NCBI GenBank assembly: GCA_040772305.1
Contig: JAXGYK010000002.1
Location: 187,887-251,886 of the forward strand
Length of the DNA: 64,000 bases
Direction: 5' to 3'
From: Anaerolineaceae bacterium
GTDB lineage: Bacteria > Chloroflexota > Anaerolineae > Anaerolineales > Anaerolineaceae
Every line of letters starts with the position of its first letter. The first letter of the stretch is position 1. The notes beneath the pieces are model-generated. The model made no database searches and was not told the origin of the DNA. It was given only the letters and a program-made list of their open reading frames with translations. The position numbers and the translations under genes were made by a program. Positions 1 through 8,943 of the stretch are shown piece after piece.

Positions 1-1
1 A

Positions 2-706
2 AGCCCCATCTTGGCTGCCTTGGCGTTGGAAGGGCAGGGGCAATTTCGCTTGGCACGGGTGAACGTAGAAGAGCAGCCACGCTTGGCGGAACGTTTGAAA
101 GTTACCAGCGTACCCTCTATTAAAGCGTTTATAGATGGGCGCATTGTAGCGGAGTTTACCGGGGTGCTTCCCGAGGACAAACTGCGCGGTTTTGTGAAAC
201 GTCTGATACCAGACCATGGAGACTTGTTGCTTGATAAGGGGTGTGGGCTATTGAGCCTGGGCGACCCAGAGGGAGCCAAACTGGCATTAGCTGAGTTCTT
301 GAGTCAGCACACTAACCACGCAGGTGGACTGCTGGCCTTTGCACGGGCCTTGTTGTGGACAGACAGTGCGAAAGAAGCACTGATTATCCTGGATAATTTT
401 CCAGCAAGTCGAGAATACAACACTGCCCAGGAATTAAAACCCCTGGCACTTGCAATGCTTTGGGTTGACACACAGCCTACTTTCCAGGACGAGCCTTTGG
501 AAGCTGCGTATGTAAATGCCTTGCGTTTGGCACGTCGTGGAAAACTTTTGACAGCTCTGGACGGACTGTTGGATATTTTGCGTAAGGATCGTAACTATCG
601 CAATGGTGATGTGCGGCAGGTTTATTTAGGGATTTTGCATTTGTTAGGCGAAGAAAATGAGGCTGTGCGTCAATATCGTTCAGATCTATCTGCGCTGCTT
701 TTCTAA
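2..706 (+). CDS. thioredoxin-domain plus TPR-like co-chaperone (YbbN/CnoX-like), 5' end cut by window edge
   Basis: The frame is open from nt 2. The first residues (RLARVNVEEQPRLAERLKVTSVPSIKAFIDGRIVAEFTG) look like the C-terminal half of a thioredoxin fold. About 170 aa of helical TPR-like repeats follow. Confidence 0.6.
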   Translation, partial: SPILAALALEGQGQFRLARVNVEEQPRLAERLKVTSVPSIKAFIDGRIVAEFTGVLPEDKLRGFVKRLIPDHGDLLLDKGCGLLSLGDPEGAKLALAEFLSQHTNHAGGLLAFARALLWTDSAKEALIILDNFPASREYNTAQELKPLALAMLWVDTQPTFQDEPLEAAYVNALRLARRGKLLTALDGLLDILRKDRNYRNGDVRQVYLGILHLLGEENEAVRQYRSDLSALLF

Positions 707-793
707 GCTTAGCAGCTTACTATTCTTAAAAACACGATTAAGGGAGCAGACGGGTTAATTACTCTTTGTTGTCTGAAATTCAAATGGATACCG

Positions 794-817
794 AGCCTTG
801 AGTTATCAAGGCTTTTT
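794..817 (+). terminator. intrinsic terminator downstream of the thioredoxin/TPR gene
   Basis: 8-bp stem AGCCTTGA/TCAAGGCT with a 4-nt loop, followed by TTTTT. Confidence 0.6.
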
Positions 818-885
818 CTTTTCTCCTCACCATTTAATGCAATCTTTTAATGGGCAACTAAAACCAAGGATGCGCAGTTTCGTTT

Positions 886-1545
886 CTATATGTCCTCACT
901 GGACAAGTGATAGATAAGAGCATAAAAACTTGCAAAGCTTGCTGCTGCAAGTGTTACGAGCAAGATTTGTGTGGGACGATTAGCGAAGCTGCTAATTGCC
1001 AGGTTGCCACCTATTACCAGCAGCAAAACAGCAGCCAAAGAAACAGTTACGCTCTTGCGCTTAAAAAGCATGCCAATAGCCAAGGGCAGGAATATGAAAC
1101 TGCTGGATAAAAAGGCCATGGCTACACTGCCAGCCAGATGAGGCCAAAAATCATCGGACGGCAGGAGTTTCTGACCTACCCAAAAGGCTGCCACCACTAC
1201 GCTGAGGCTCATGAGCAAGTTTGTAAGAAAAAGCAAGAATGCTTTAAAAAAGAGAATTTTTGGGCGCCCGAGGCCGCAGGTATACAGCACGTGCACTGTG
1301 TTTTGATCGTACTCATTGTGGAAAAGTTCTATGCCCAGATAAGTGCAAAGCAAAAGTGTCCAGATTACTGAAAAGCTGTTTACACTCAATATCAGGGAAA
1401 CGACGGGTATTTCAGAAATGATCTCAGGTGGCAAGGTGCTTATACCCGCAATCGCAGCCACATACCCTGCACTGATGATCAAAAACACAAGGTAGACCCA
1501 AAAGAAGTGTGCTTTTTTTAGTTCATATTTTAGGAGACTAAACAT
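886..1545 (-). CDS. ABC-2 type transporter permease (small, lantibiotic-immunity-like)
   Basis: 219 aa and almost entirely hydrophobic, with about 6 predicted helices. Its start overlaps the stop of the upstream ABC ATPase by 8 nt. Confidence 0.65.
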   Translation of the reverse strand: MFSLLKYELKKAHFFWVYLVFLIISAGYVAAIAGISTLPPEIISEIPVVSLILSVNSFSVIWTLLLCTYLGIELFHNEYDQNTVHVLYTCGLGRPKILFFKAFLLFLTNLLMSLSVVVAAFWVGQKLLPSDDFWPHLAGSVAMAFLSSSFIFLPLAIGMLFKRKSVTVSLAAVLLLVIGGNLAISSFANRPTQILLVTLAAASFASFYALIYHLSSEDI

Positions 1546-2461
1546 GGCTTTCCTTCTGGGCTATCACATTCAATAACAATTCTTCGATGCTGGCTTGTTT
1601 GGTTTCGAATGAGCGTATGGAGGCTGGCTGGGCAGCAAGTGTAGTGATGAGCAGATGAACGTTGATGTCGTTATCTGCAACTTGGATTAAACCATCTTCC
1701 ATAAGATGTATATTTGTAAAGCCGGCGGAATCTAAAGCCTGAAGGGTAACCTGAGGGTTATCGCTTCGAATTCGGTATTTCCGCTTGATGCGGTTGCTTA
1801 TCTCGAGTGTGGGCAGTTCATGCAAAAGTTGGCCATGATGTAAGATACCAATACGGTCAACCAGCTGAACTACCTCATTAACCTGTTTTCCAGTGACGAG
1901 AATAGCTGTTTCGCCGATGAGTGCCAGCCTACCCAGGATCTCACTAACTTTTCGTACAGACATGCTGTCCAGATGGGAAAAAGGTTCATCCAGCAGCAAA
2001 AGCCGGGGGCGATGAATGATTGCGCGTGCTAATGCGATAAGCTGTCGTTTAGGCTCAGGGATATTACGCAGTTTAATGTGCGCTTCACGTTCCAGCTCAA
2101 AAAGTTTTAACACTTCGCCAACGCGACGGGGGTCATGCAGGCCAGTGTAGGCTACCTGTATTTCCAGGTTATCCCGAATGCTCATGGTTTCGTAGAACCC
2201 AGGTGGATTGAGCAGGCAGCCAACCTGAGATAAGACACCTGGATTTTCAGGTGTAAGGCGCTCGCCAAACACTTCGATGCTTCCATAATTAGCATGGGCC
2301 AGCGACACCAAGATGCGTAAAAGCATGGATTTGCCCGCCCCCTGTACGCCCAGTAAACCATAGATTTCACCAGGGAAGACCTCAAAGCTTACATCAATAA
2401 TCTGCGGCAGGCCTTGTACACGTTTGCTAAGGTGACTAACCTTTAAAGCTGGGGTGATCAT
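1538..2461 (-). CDS. ABC transporter ATP-binding protein with degenerate signature and H-loop
   Basis: Walker A GVQGAGKS, Walker B LLLLDEP and D-loop SHLD are present. The signature position reads IPEPKRQ instead of LSGGQ. The H-loop position reads TGK instead of SH. There is an ATGA overlap with the HK stop. Confidence 0.8.
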   Translation of the reverse strand: MITPALKVSHLSKRVQGLPQIIDVSFEVFPGEIYGLLGVQGAGKSMLLRILVSLAHANYGSIEVFGERLTPENPGVLSQVGCLLNPPGFYETMSIRDNLEIQVAYTGLHDPRRVGEVLKLFELEREAHIKLRNIPEPKRQLIALARAIIHRPRLLLLDEPFSHLDSMSVRKVSEILGRLALIGETAILVTGKQVNEVVQLVDRIGILHHGQLLHELPTLEISNRIKRKYRIRSDNPQVTLQALDSAGFTNIHLMEDGLIQVADNDINVHLLITTLAAQPASIRSFETKQASIEELLLNVIAQKESHV

Positions 2462-3444
2462 TGGCTGCTACCTGAGGGGAAATGGAGGGTGAAAGCGGTT
2501 CCCTTATCCGGATGACTGCTTACTTCTACATGCCCATGCATGCGCTTCATAAAGGTTTTAACGATGGATAAACCCAGCCCACTGGAGCGGCTGTTCCGCG
2601 AATCGTCCAGGGTATAGGTGCGTTCGAAAATTAACTCAATCTGCGATGGAGGGATGCCGGGGCCTTTATCCCAAACCGTAACCCAGCCCCCGCTATCTTC
2701 TCGGCCCGCCTTTATTCCGATAACGCCACCCTCAGCACCGTAGTTAATAGCATTTGTGATGAGGTTTTGCAGGCAGCGATTGAGCCCCATTGGATTGGCC
2801 TGGATTTCAATGGGTTCATCAGGGATTTCGAAAGTGGGCTCTAAACCGGCATTTTCGATTGCATCGTATGATTCTAAAACTGCTTGCCGGACCTGCTCGC
2901 TTAAATCCAGCGTTAGCAAGGTGAACTCAACCTCTTCCGACTCTAGTTTTGACAAGTCAAAAAAACGATCTATCAGAGTCACTAATTCTTTTCCCTTGGC
3001 AATGATACGCTGTGTGTGACGGTTGTCAGGATATGCTGTAGCCAGGTTTTCGGCATGCGCTAAAAGAACTGTGAGCGGTGTACGCATATCGTGGGAAAGG
3101 TTTGTAACCATCCGATGCAATTCCCGGTCCGATTTTCTTAGTCCGCCGATCTCTTCGATTTGTTTCTCAAAGCTTGTTTCCAAGGCAGCCAGTAAGCTTT
3201 TAATGCTGTGAAAATTACTGAGCATTCGCAGACGGGGCGGGTTGCCTAAGTGCTCTCCATTCTGCAGGAGTTCGGTAAGCTTTAATATTTGCAGATTCAT
3301 TTGCCTGTCTCGAATAATGAGGACAAGGACCAGCAAAACTAAAACTCCCAAAATAATTTTTACAGCCATAAACTCAAGACTACTTACCAGCCCGGTAACC
3401 GATGCCCCAAACAGTGATGATGTATTTTGGAGGGCCATCCCCAA
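2458..3444 (-). CDS. sensor histidine kinase (HisKA + HATPase_c)
   Basis: H-box LSHDMRTPLT, N-box NLITNAINYG, G1 DKGPGI and G2 GLGLSIV, with one N-terminal TM helix. The true start may be the internal Met at 3369 (MAVKIILG), just after the RR stop. Confidence 0.85.
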   Translation of the reverse strand: MGMALQNTSSLFGASVTGLVSSLEFMAVKIILGVLVLLVLVLIIRDRQMNLQILKLTELLQNGEHLGNPPRLRMLSNFHSIKSLLAALETSFEKQIEEIGGLRKSDRELHRMVTNLSHDMRTPLTVLLAHAENLATAYPDNRHTQRIIAKGKELVTLIDRFFDLSKLESEEVEFTLLTLDLSEQVRQAVLESYDAIENAGLEPTFEIPDEPIEIQANPMGLNRCLQNLITNAINYGAEGGVIGIKAGREDSGGWVTVWDKGPGIPPSQIELIFERTYTLDDSRNSRSSGLGLSIVKTFMKRMHGHVEVSSHPDKGTAFTLHFPSGSSQ

Positions 3445-4060
3445 GTTCTATCTTTTCCCGCAGACGGCTGATGGTTACATTGATCACGTTTTCGTCTTTG
3501 AGCCATTCATCTTCCCAGACGATGCGGTATAGCTGCTCTTTGGTGAAGATGCGATCTGGATAACGGGCTAAAGTTTCAAGCAGACGAAATTCTTTTAAAG
3601 TCAGCGTAATTTCTGTGCCATTGCGCTCTGCAGCAAATCGCTCTGGGATCAGCCGAAGGTCCAGGATGGTGAGTTCTTTAGCGGGTTCGTCGGAATGTAT
3701 CTGACCCCGCCGCAGATTTGCTTTTACACGCGCTACTAATTCCACCATGGAGAAAGGCTTTTTTATATAATCATCGGCCCCCAGTTCAAGGGCTAATGCC
3801 AGGTCGGAATCTTTGTCTTTGGCAGTAAGCATAATTACCGGAATTTTGTTCGTTTCCCGAAGGGATTTTAGGGTACGTAACCCATCCAACTGCGGCATCA
3901 TGATGTCCAAGAGTAAAAGGTCGTAGGAGTTATTATGTAACTTATAGAGGCACACTCGGCCATTTTCCGCCTCGTCAACCTCAAAACCTTCGTCTTTTAG
4001 AGCCTCACTGACCAGTTCGCGAATTTCCCAATCGTCTTCTGTTAAGAGGATTTTTGTCAT
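3380..4060 (-). CDS. OmpR/PhoB-family response regulator
   Basis: Receiver domain (ILLTEDD...LLLLDIMMP...LTAK) plus a winged-helix C-terminus (TLKEFRLLE...VWGIGY). Start chosen at MTKILL (4060) rather than the longest ORF (4114). Confidence 0.85.
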   Translation of the reverse strand: MTKILLTEDDWEIRELVSEALKDEGFEVDEAENGRVCLYKLHNNSYDLLLLDIMMPQLDGLRTLKSLRETNKIPVIMLTAKDKDSDLALALELGADDYIKKPFSMVELVARVKANLRRGQIHSDEPAKELTILDLRLIPERFAAERNGTEITLTLKEFRLLETLARYPDRIFTKEQLYRIVWEDEWLKDENVINVTISRLREKIELGDGPPKYIITVWGIGYRAGK

Positions 4061-4174
4061 AATCACCTGTTTCCTAAGTATAACGGTACCCAATGCGTTG
4101 CTAGGCTTAATCATAGTAGAAAAAGCTTGCAGAGAGCAATTAAGTTTATAACTATATTATTAATTTTATTGCCC

Positions 4175-4218
4175 TTTTGATGAAAATAAGACCAATGCGG
4201 TTGCCATTTTCATCAAAA
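4175..4218. repeat. perfect 13-bp inverted repeat TTTTGATGAAAAT / ATTTTCATCAAAA separated by 18 nt
   Basis: Read directly at 4175-4187 and 4206-4218, 115-160 nt upstream of the RR start on the minus strand. Function unknown (operator or hairpin). Confidence 0.8.
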
Positions 4219-4496
4219 CTAAGGCTTTTAATTTCTGCTTTGACCGATGGAAGCAATTAGGGAGCAACTTCACGGCTTGGTTTGCAATTTTTGATTTGTA
4301 TCTTAACGCTATTTTGAATGAGCAAAGACTTTTCGTTTTTGCGCGCGGAATCATAGCAATAATGCTGATTGTCAAAGACAATAATCAATTGCCTCCAACC
4401 TTTAATCTGATCCGACGGGAATTAAAGCAAGCTTGAAAACTTGAGCGCTGAAAAACTTGCAGATTAACTGTGCTTCCTTTATAATGTCAGCCTTAC

Positions 4497-4570
4497 GGGC
4501 GGTTAGCTCAGTTGGTTAGAGCGTCGCGTTGACATCGCGAAGGTCGGAGGTTCGAGTCCTCTACCACCCA
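4497..4570 (+). tRNA. tRNA-Val (anticodon GAC)
   Basis: A manual cloverleaf fold gives D arm GCTC/GAGC, anticodon stem TCGCG/CGCGA with loop TTGACAT, and T arm GGAGG-TTCGAGT-CCTCT. The acceptor stem has one C4:A69 mismatch. No encoded CCA. Confidence 0.85.
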
Positions 4571-4571
4571 T

Positions 4572-4603
4572 AAATAGCCTCTGGATCCAGAGGCTATTTT
4601 TTT
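4572..4603 (+). terminator. intrinsic terminator after tRNA-Val
   Basis: Palindrome AAATAGCCTCTG-GATC-CAGAGGCTATTT followed by a T-run. Confidence 0.8.
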
Positions 4604-4669
4604 ACCTAAGACCTGTATATGAATTGGTCTGAGTGGCGTGTATGTTTGCCAGATTGCTTAGACAAAAAA

Positions 4670-4700
4670 TTGCCTGCAGAGATAATTCTGGTGATATACT
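4670..4700 (+). promoter_or_regulatory. putative promoter of the thrS leader (extended -10)
   Basis: TTGCCT (4670-4675), then a 19-nt spacer ending in TGa, then TATACT (4695-4700). This places the TSS just before the base of T-box stem I. Confidence 0.35.
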
Positions 4701-4704
4701 AAAT

Positions 4705-4934
4705 TTAACGCAATGATGCAGGACAATTAAGCCCACCACCGGCATCAGTGAGGCGGGGAGAGTGGAAACCCGCCAGCCGAAAGCCCAAAACCCCCTGCGA
4801 GCTTGAGCCTGAACGCAAAATGCTATTAAGGTAAACGGAAGCCCCGTTATCGGCAAATCGAGATGCCCGCAAGGGTAATCTGGGTGGAACCGCGTGAGAG
4901 ACCTCTCGCCCCAGTGTGGTGAGGTCTTTTTTTG
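4705..4934 (+). promoter_or_regulatory. T-box riboswitch leader (threonine specifier) controlling thrS
   Basis: The conserved T-box sequence AATCTGGGTGGAACCGCG lies at 4877-4894. A terminator AGACCTC...GAGGTCT plus T8 lies at 4897-4934. Stem I has a GA/K-turn-like base (ATGATGCAGG ... CCTGCGA) and a distal AGAGTGGAAA loop. An ACC triplet at 4790-4792 sits just 5' of the basal 3' strand. Confidence 0.75.
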
Positions 4935-4978
4935 TTAAGATTGCCGGGCTCTAAGAAGCCTGAATGATTGGAGGAAAG

Positions 4979-6763
4979 ATGATGGAAGAAAAACAAGCTT
5001 ATAAAGATTCACAGCTTTATCGTATTCGGCACAGTACTGCGCATATTATGGCTGAGTCAGTATTAGAAAAGTTCCCGGACGCTAAATTTGCGATTGGACC
5101 TGCCATTGAGGACGGTTTCTATTATGACTTCGATTTGCCAAGAGCCTTGACACCCGATGATTTGGCTGAAATTGAGAAACGAATGCGTGGACTAATTCAA
5201 AGCCACGAAACCTTTGAACGCAAGGAAATCAGCCCTGAAGAGGCAAAGGAAGTTTTTAAAGACCAACCCTACAAGCTTGAACTTATTGAAGGACTGGAAC
5301 ATGGGGGGCTTGATGAGGACGGGAATCCCACAGATGAGCCTGTGCCCTTATCTTTATATTCCAGCGGAGCTTTTACCGACCTTTGTGCCGGGCCGCATGT
5401 GGAGAATTCAAAAGAGATTAACCCCCAGGCTATCAAGCTCCTGAATATTGCAGGTGCTTACTGGCGCGGCGACGAAAAACGTCCGATGCTGCAGCGTATT
5501 TATGGCACAGCGTTTGAAAGCAAGGCTGACTTAGACGATTACCTGTGGAAGATAGAAGAAGCCAAAAAACGCGACCATCGCAAGCTGGGGAAGGAGCTGG
5601 ACCTCTTTAGCACCAATGACGAGGTTGGCGCGGGTTTGGTACTCTGGCACCCCAATGGCGCGATGATCCGTCATTTAGTAGAACGTTACTGGGATGACGA
5701 GCATTTGGCCAACGGGTACGATTTTGTATATACCCCACATATTGGAAAAAGCAGCCTTTGGGAAACCAGTGGTCATTTACAGACCTATAGTGAGAATATG
5801 TACGCACCCATCGAAATTGAGGGGCAGGCCTATTACATTAAACCGATGAACTGTCCTTTTCATATTCACGTTTACAAAAGCGGACTGCGGTCTTACCGGG
5901 ATTTGCCAATTCGGCTTGCCGAGAAAGGAACCGTTTACCGCTATGAACGCAGTGGCGTGATGCATGGTCTTTTACGTGTACGTGGCTTTACCCAAGATGA
6001 TGCGCACCACTTTTGCCGTGAGGATCAGATGAGCGCCGAGGTGGATTTTGTGCTCGACTTTAGCATGAAAATGCTGCAGGCTTTTGGCTTTAAGAAAATT
6101 CAGGCTTACTTGAGTACCATGCCCGAAAAACGCGTAGGTGAGGAAGATCGCTGGCATGCCGCTGAAGCTGCTCTTGAAGAAACTTTGAAACGTATGCAGG
6201 TTCCCTATGAAGTAGACCAAGGCGGCGGAGCTTTTTATGGCCCTAAAATCGACTTGAAAGTTCAGGACGCACTCGGACGGGAGTGGCAGCTTTCAACGAT
6301 ACAGTTCGACTTCAATTTACCTGAACGCTTCGATCTAAGTTACATTGGTGAGGATGGTCAGCCTCATCGCCCCTACATGGTGCACCGTGCCCTTTTGGGA
6401 AGCTTAGAACGCTTCTTTGGCGTGCTGATTGAACATTATGGCGGGGCTTTCCCGGTGTGGCTGGCTCCACGTCAAGTCGAGCTTATTCCTATTGCCGAGC
6501 GGCATAACGATTTTGCCTGGCAAGTGGCTGCTCAGCTTAAAAAAGCAGGCTTACGGGTAAAAGTAAACGATAGTTCTGATCGTATGAATGCCAAGATTCG
6601 CGATGCGCAGAACCAAAAGGTTCCGTATATGCTGGTGATCGGAGACCGCGAGGTAGAGGAAGGAGCTGTTGCTTTGCGACGCCGTAGCGGGGAAAGTTTG
6701 CCGGCTATGGGCGTGGATGCGTTTATTGCCCTGGCTCAAAAGGAAGTTGCCGAACGGCTGTAA
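4979..6763 (+). CDS. thrS: threonine--tRNA ligase lacking the N-terminal TGS domain
   Basis: Editing-domain HxxxH (RHSTAHIMA), class II motifs (FRGFTQDDAHHF, GGGAFYGPKID) and a C-terminal anticodon-binding domain. SD GGAGG lies at 4970-4974 before ATG 4979/4982. The longest ORF starts at 4964. Confidence 0.95.
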   Translation: MMEEKQAYKDSQLYRIRHSTAHIMAESVLEKFPDAKFAIGPAIEDGFYYDFDLPRALTPDDLAEIEKRMRGLIQSHETFERKEISPEEAKEVFKDQPYKLELIEGLEHGGLDEDGNPTDEPVPLSLYSSGAFTDLCAGPHVENSKEINPQAIKLLNIAGAYWRGDEKRPMLQRIYGTAFESKADLDDYLWKIEEAKKRDHRKLGKELDLFSTNDEVGAGLVLWHPNGAMIRHLVERYWDDEHLANGYDFVYTPHIGKSSLWETSGHLQTYSENMYAPIEIEGQAYYIKPMNCPFHIHVYKSGLRSYRDLPIRLAEKGTVYRYERSGVMHGLLRVRGFTQDDAHHFCREDQMSAEVDFVLDFSMKMLQAFGFKKIQAYLSTMPEKRVGEEDRWHAAEAALEETLKRMQVPYEVDQGGGAFYGPKIDLKVQDALGREWQLSTIQFDFNLPERFDLSYIGEDGQPHRPYMVHRALLGSLERFFGVLIEHYGGAFPVWLAPRQVELIPIAERHNDFAWQVAAQLKKAGLRVKVNDSSDRMNAKIRDAQNQKVPYMLVIGDREVEEGAVALRRRSGESLPAMGVDAFIALAQKEVAERL

Positions 6764-6784
6764 CATAAATACCATAGGACTTTC

Positions 6785-6814
6785 AAAAGCCGCTGTTAAA
6801 TCCGGCGGCTTTTC
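6785..6814. terminator. bidirectional hairpin terminator between convergent thrS and larC
   Basis: AGCCGC (6788-6793) pairs with GCGGCT (6805-6810). It is flanked by an A-run upstream and a T-run downstream. Confidence 0.55.
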
Positions 6815-6883
6815 AAATAAATCTATATTTTCTCGTGCTTCATCCACTACTGGGAGGATTCAGGAGGCTAAAGCGAAGCTTGC

Positions 6884-8182
6884 TTATTTCTTCTGATCTT
6901 GCTCCAGCAGAATCACCCTCTTGATTTCATCGATAGAAACATCATTTTTGCGGGCTAATGCTGCTGCATCTTCATATTCCACTTTTTGGCGCTCAACTCC
7001 CCAGCCACTGGCAGTCTTTATGCGCACAGTTCCATATTTTGTGTTCAAGCTGCGTTCGCTGCGCTGCAGTATGGCACGTTGGCAGGAATACTGACGGACT
7101 CCAAGGGTGCTTGTGTGCTTAAAGATTAACTGCGTTAAGGCTTCACGGTCTTTGGGCTTGCAGAGACAGCTCAGCATGATTCCCGGGCGGTTTTTCTTCA
7201 TTCCAATTGAGGTTGTATAAACATCGAGCGCACCTGCTTCAAAAAGTTGTTCGCAAGCGAAACTGATTGCTTCAGGGGTCATATCGTCCAAATTGCACGC
7301 CAATTCGAATATTTCGTCACCAGCGCTATCATCGCTTTCTCCCCAGAAGGCGCGCAAACAGTTTGCAGCTGCAAAATCCTTTTTGCCCATTCCATAGCCA
7401 ATCTTTTGAACACGCATTACAGGCATTTCTCCATAAGCGCTCACAAAATGTTTCAACAGGGCTGCTCCGGTAGGTGTACAAAGTTCACCACGGATCTTTC
7501 CGCTGTAACTGGGAACGTCCTGCAAAATATAGGCTGTGGCCGGTGCCGGAACAGGAAGGATGCCATGCTGGGTTTGTACATGGCCGCTTCCAAGGTGTAC
7601 AGGCGAAGCCAGCACCCGGTCTGGGGAAAGCTGCTCCATCAGGCAGCAAACTCCGGTGATATCGGCCAGCGCATCCATCATGCCCAATTCATGGAAGTGA
7701 ACCTGATCGACAGGCCTGCCATGAGCTTTGCTTTCCGCCTCTGCGATAAGCGAGTAAACCGCTAAGACATCCTGGCGCACTTTTGCGCTGACCGGCAATT
7801 GGGAAATAAGGCTTTCGATTTCTGCCATACCAATGTGCACATGAGAATAATGGGGATGCGCATGAGTCTCTGGTTTATCTGCGTGCTCATGCGCGTGGTC
7901 GCTTGCCTGATGATGGTGATGGTGTTCGTGCTCATTGGAGTGAGGTTCCTCATGCTGGCTGAAATCATAGCTCTCTTCGACTTCGCCTGCAATAGACACC
8001 TGCACAGATGTGCCCACGATGCCATTCTTTTCTGCGGGCATGGCACTTATATGGATATCTGGAATGCCCAATGCATTCATTTTATCTATAAAGGCTTGCT
8101 TTTCCGGGATTAGCTCCAGGAGGGCAGCCATTAGCATGTCACCTGCGGCTCCCATATTGAGTTCTAGGTACAGAGTCTTCAT
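6884..8182 (-). CDS. larC: nickel-pincer cofactor nickel insertase LarC (fused LarC1/LarC2) with His-rich insert
   Basis: N-terminus MKTLYLE..GAAGDM. His-rich tract HEEPHSNEHEHHHHHQASDHAHEHADKPETHAHPHYSHVH. C-terminal LarC2-like domain. ATGA overlap with the larB stop. Confidence 0.8.
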   Translation of the reverse strand: MKTLYLELNMGAAGDMLMAALLELIPEKQAFIDKMNALGIPDIHISAMPAEKNGIVGTSVQVSIAGEVEESYDFSQHEEPHSNEHEHHHHHQASDHAHEHADKPETHAHPHYSHVHIGMAEIESLISQLPVSAKVRQDVLAVYSLIAEAESKAHGRPVDQVHFHELGMMDALADITGVCCLMEQLSPDRVLASPVHLGSGHVQTQHGILPVPAPATAYILQDVPSYSGKIRGELCTPTGAALLKHFVSAYGEMPVMRVQKIGYGMGKKDFAAANCLRAFWGESDDSAGDEIFELACNLDDMTPEAISFACEQLFEAGALDVYTTSIGMKKNRPGIMLSCLCKPKDREALTQLIFKHTSTLGVRQYSCQRAILQRSERSLNTKYGTVRIKTASGWGVERQKVEYEDAAALARKNDVSIDEIKRVILLEQDQKK

Positions 8183-8940
8183 TGTTTTCTTACTCCTATG
8201 TGGTTAATCATACTGGCCATGTAAGCTGCTCCAAAACCGTTATCAATGTTCACTACACTTACTCCTGTAGCGCAAGCATTAAGCATCGATAACAAGGCTG
8301 CCAGCCCATGAAATGACGCCCCGTATCCTACGCTGGTAGGTACGGCAATAACAGGGCAGCTGACTAAGCCGCCTATTACGCTTGCGAGAGCACCTTCCAT
8401 TCCTGCTATGGCAATGATTACACTGGCATCCATGATTGTATCGATGTGAGCCAGTAAACGGTGTAATCCGGCTACGCCAACATCATAGAGGCGAACCACT
8501 TGATTCCCCAAGGCTTCTGCAGTAAGCGAAGCTTCCTCAGCTACGGGAATATCACTGGTTCCGCCTGTTGCAACTACAATTTTCCCTATTCCTGTTGCCT
8601 GGGGCAGGGTACCCAGAATACCGATGCGGCCAATTTCATGATAGGAAATGGGGAGTTCCTTTTGGACTTCAAGGGCAGTCTCCGGAGATAAGCGGGTGAT
8701 GAGAACAGTTTTTTGCGCAGAATTCTGCAGGGCAGAGGCTATTTCTATAATTTGTTGGGGAGTTTTTCCGGCACCATATATTACCTCGGCGACTCCTTGA
8801 CGTAATTCGCGGTGAAAATCGGGTTTGGCAAAGCCCAGGTCATGGAATGGTGCTTGTTTCAGCTCTTGTACGGCTTTGTCTACTGATATCTTACCGGCTG
8901 CAACTGCCTCAAGCAGGTTTTTAAGGTCTTGCTGTTTCAA
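8179..8940 (-). CDS. larB: nickel-pincer cofactor biosynthesis protein LarB (AIR carboxylase-like)
   Basis: 253 aa with a PurE-like C-terminal half (IVVATGGTSDIPVAEEA...AIAGMEGALASVIGG). TTG start at 8940, 3 nt after the larE stop. Confidence 0.8.
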   Translation of the reverse strand: MKQQDLKNLLEAVAAGKISVDKAVQELKQAPFHDLGFAKPDFHRELRQGVAEVIYGAGKTPQQIIEIASALQNSAQKTVLITRLSPETALEVQKELPISYHEIGRIGILGTLPQATGIGKIVVATGGTSDIPVAEEASLTAEALGNQVVRLYDVGVAGLHRLLAHIDTIMDASVIIAIAGMEGALASVIGGLVSCPVIAVPTSVGYGASFHGLAALLSMLNACATGVSVVNIDNGFGAAYMASMINHIGVRKQ

Positions 8941-8943
8941 TGT

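Noticed and set aside
4602-4856. 84-aa minus-strand ORF between tRNA-Val and thrS
   Set aside because: The region is better explained by the plus-strand thrS promoter and T-box leader.
7830-7960. His-codon-rich low-complexity tract, considered as a repeat or assembly artefact
   Set aside because: It lies in frame within LarC, where His-rich nickel-binding inserts are expected. It is not a DNA-level tandem repeat.
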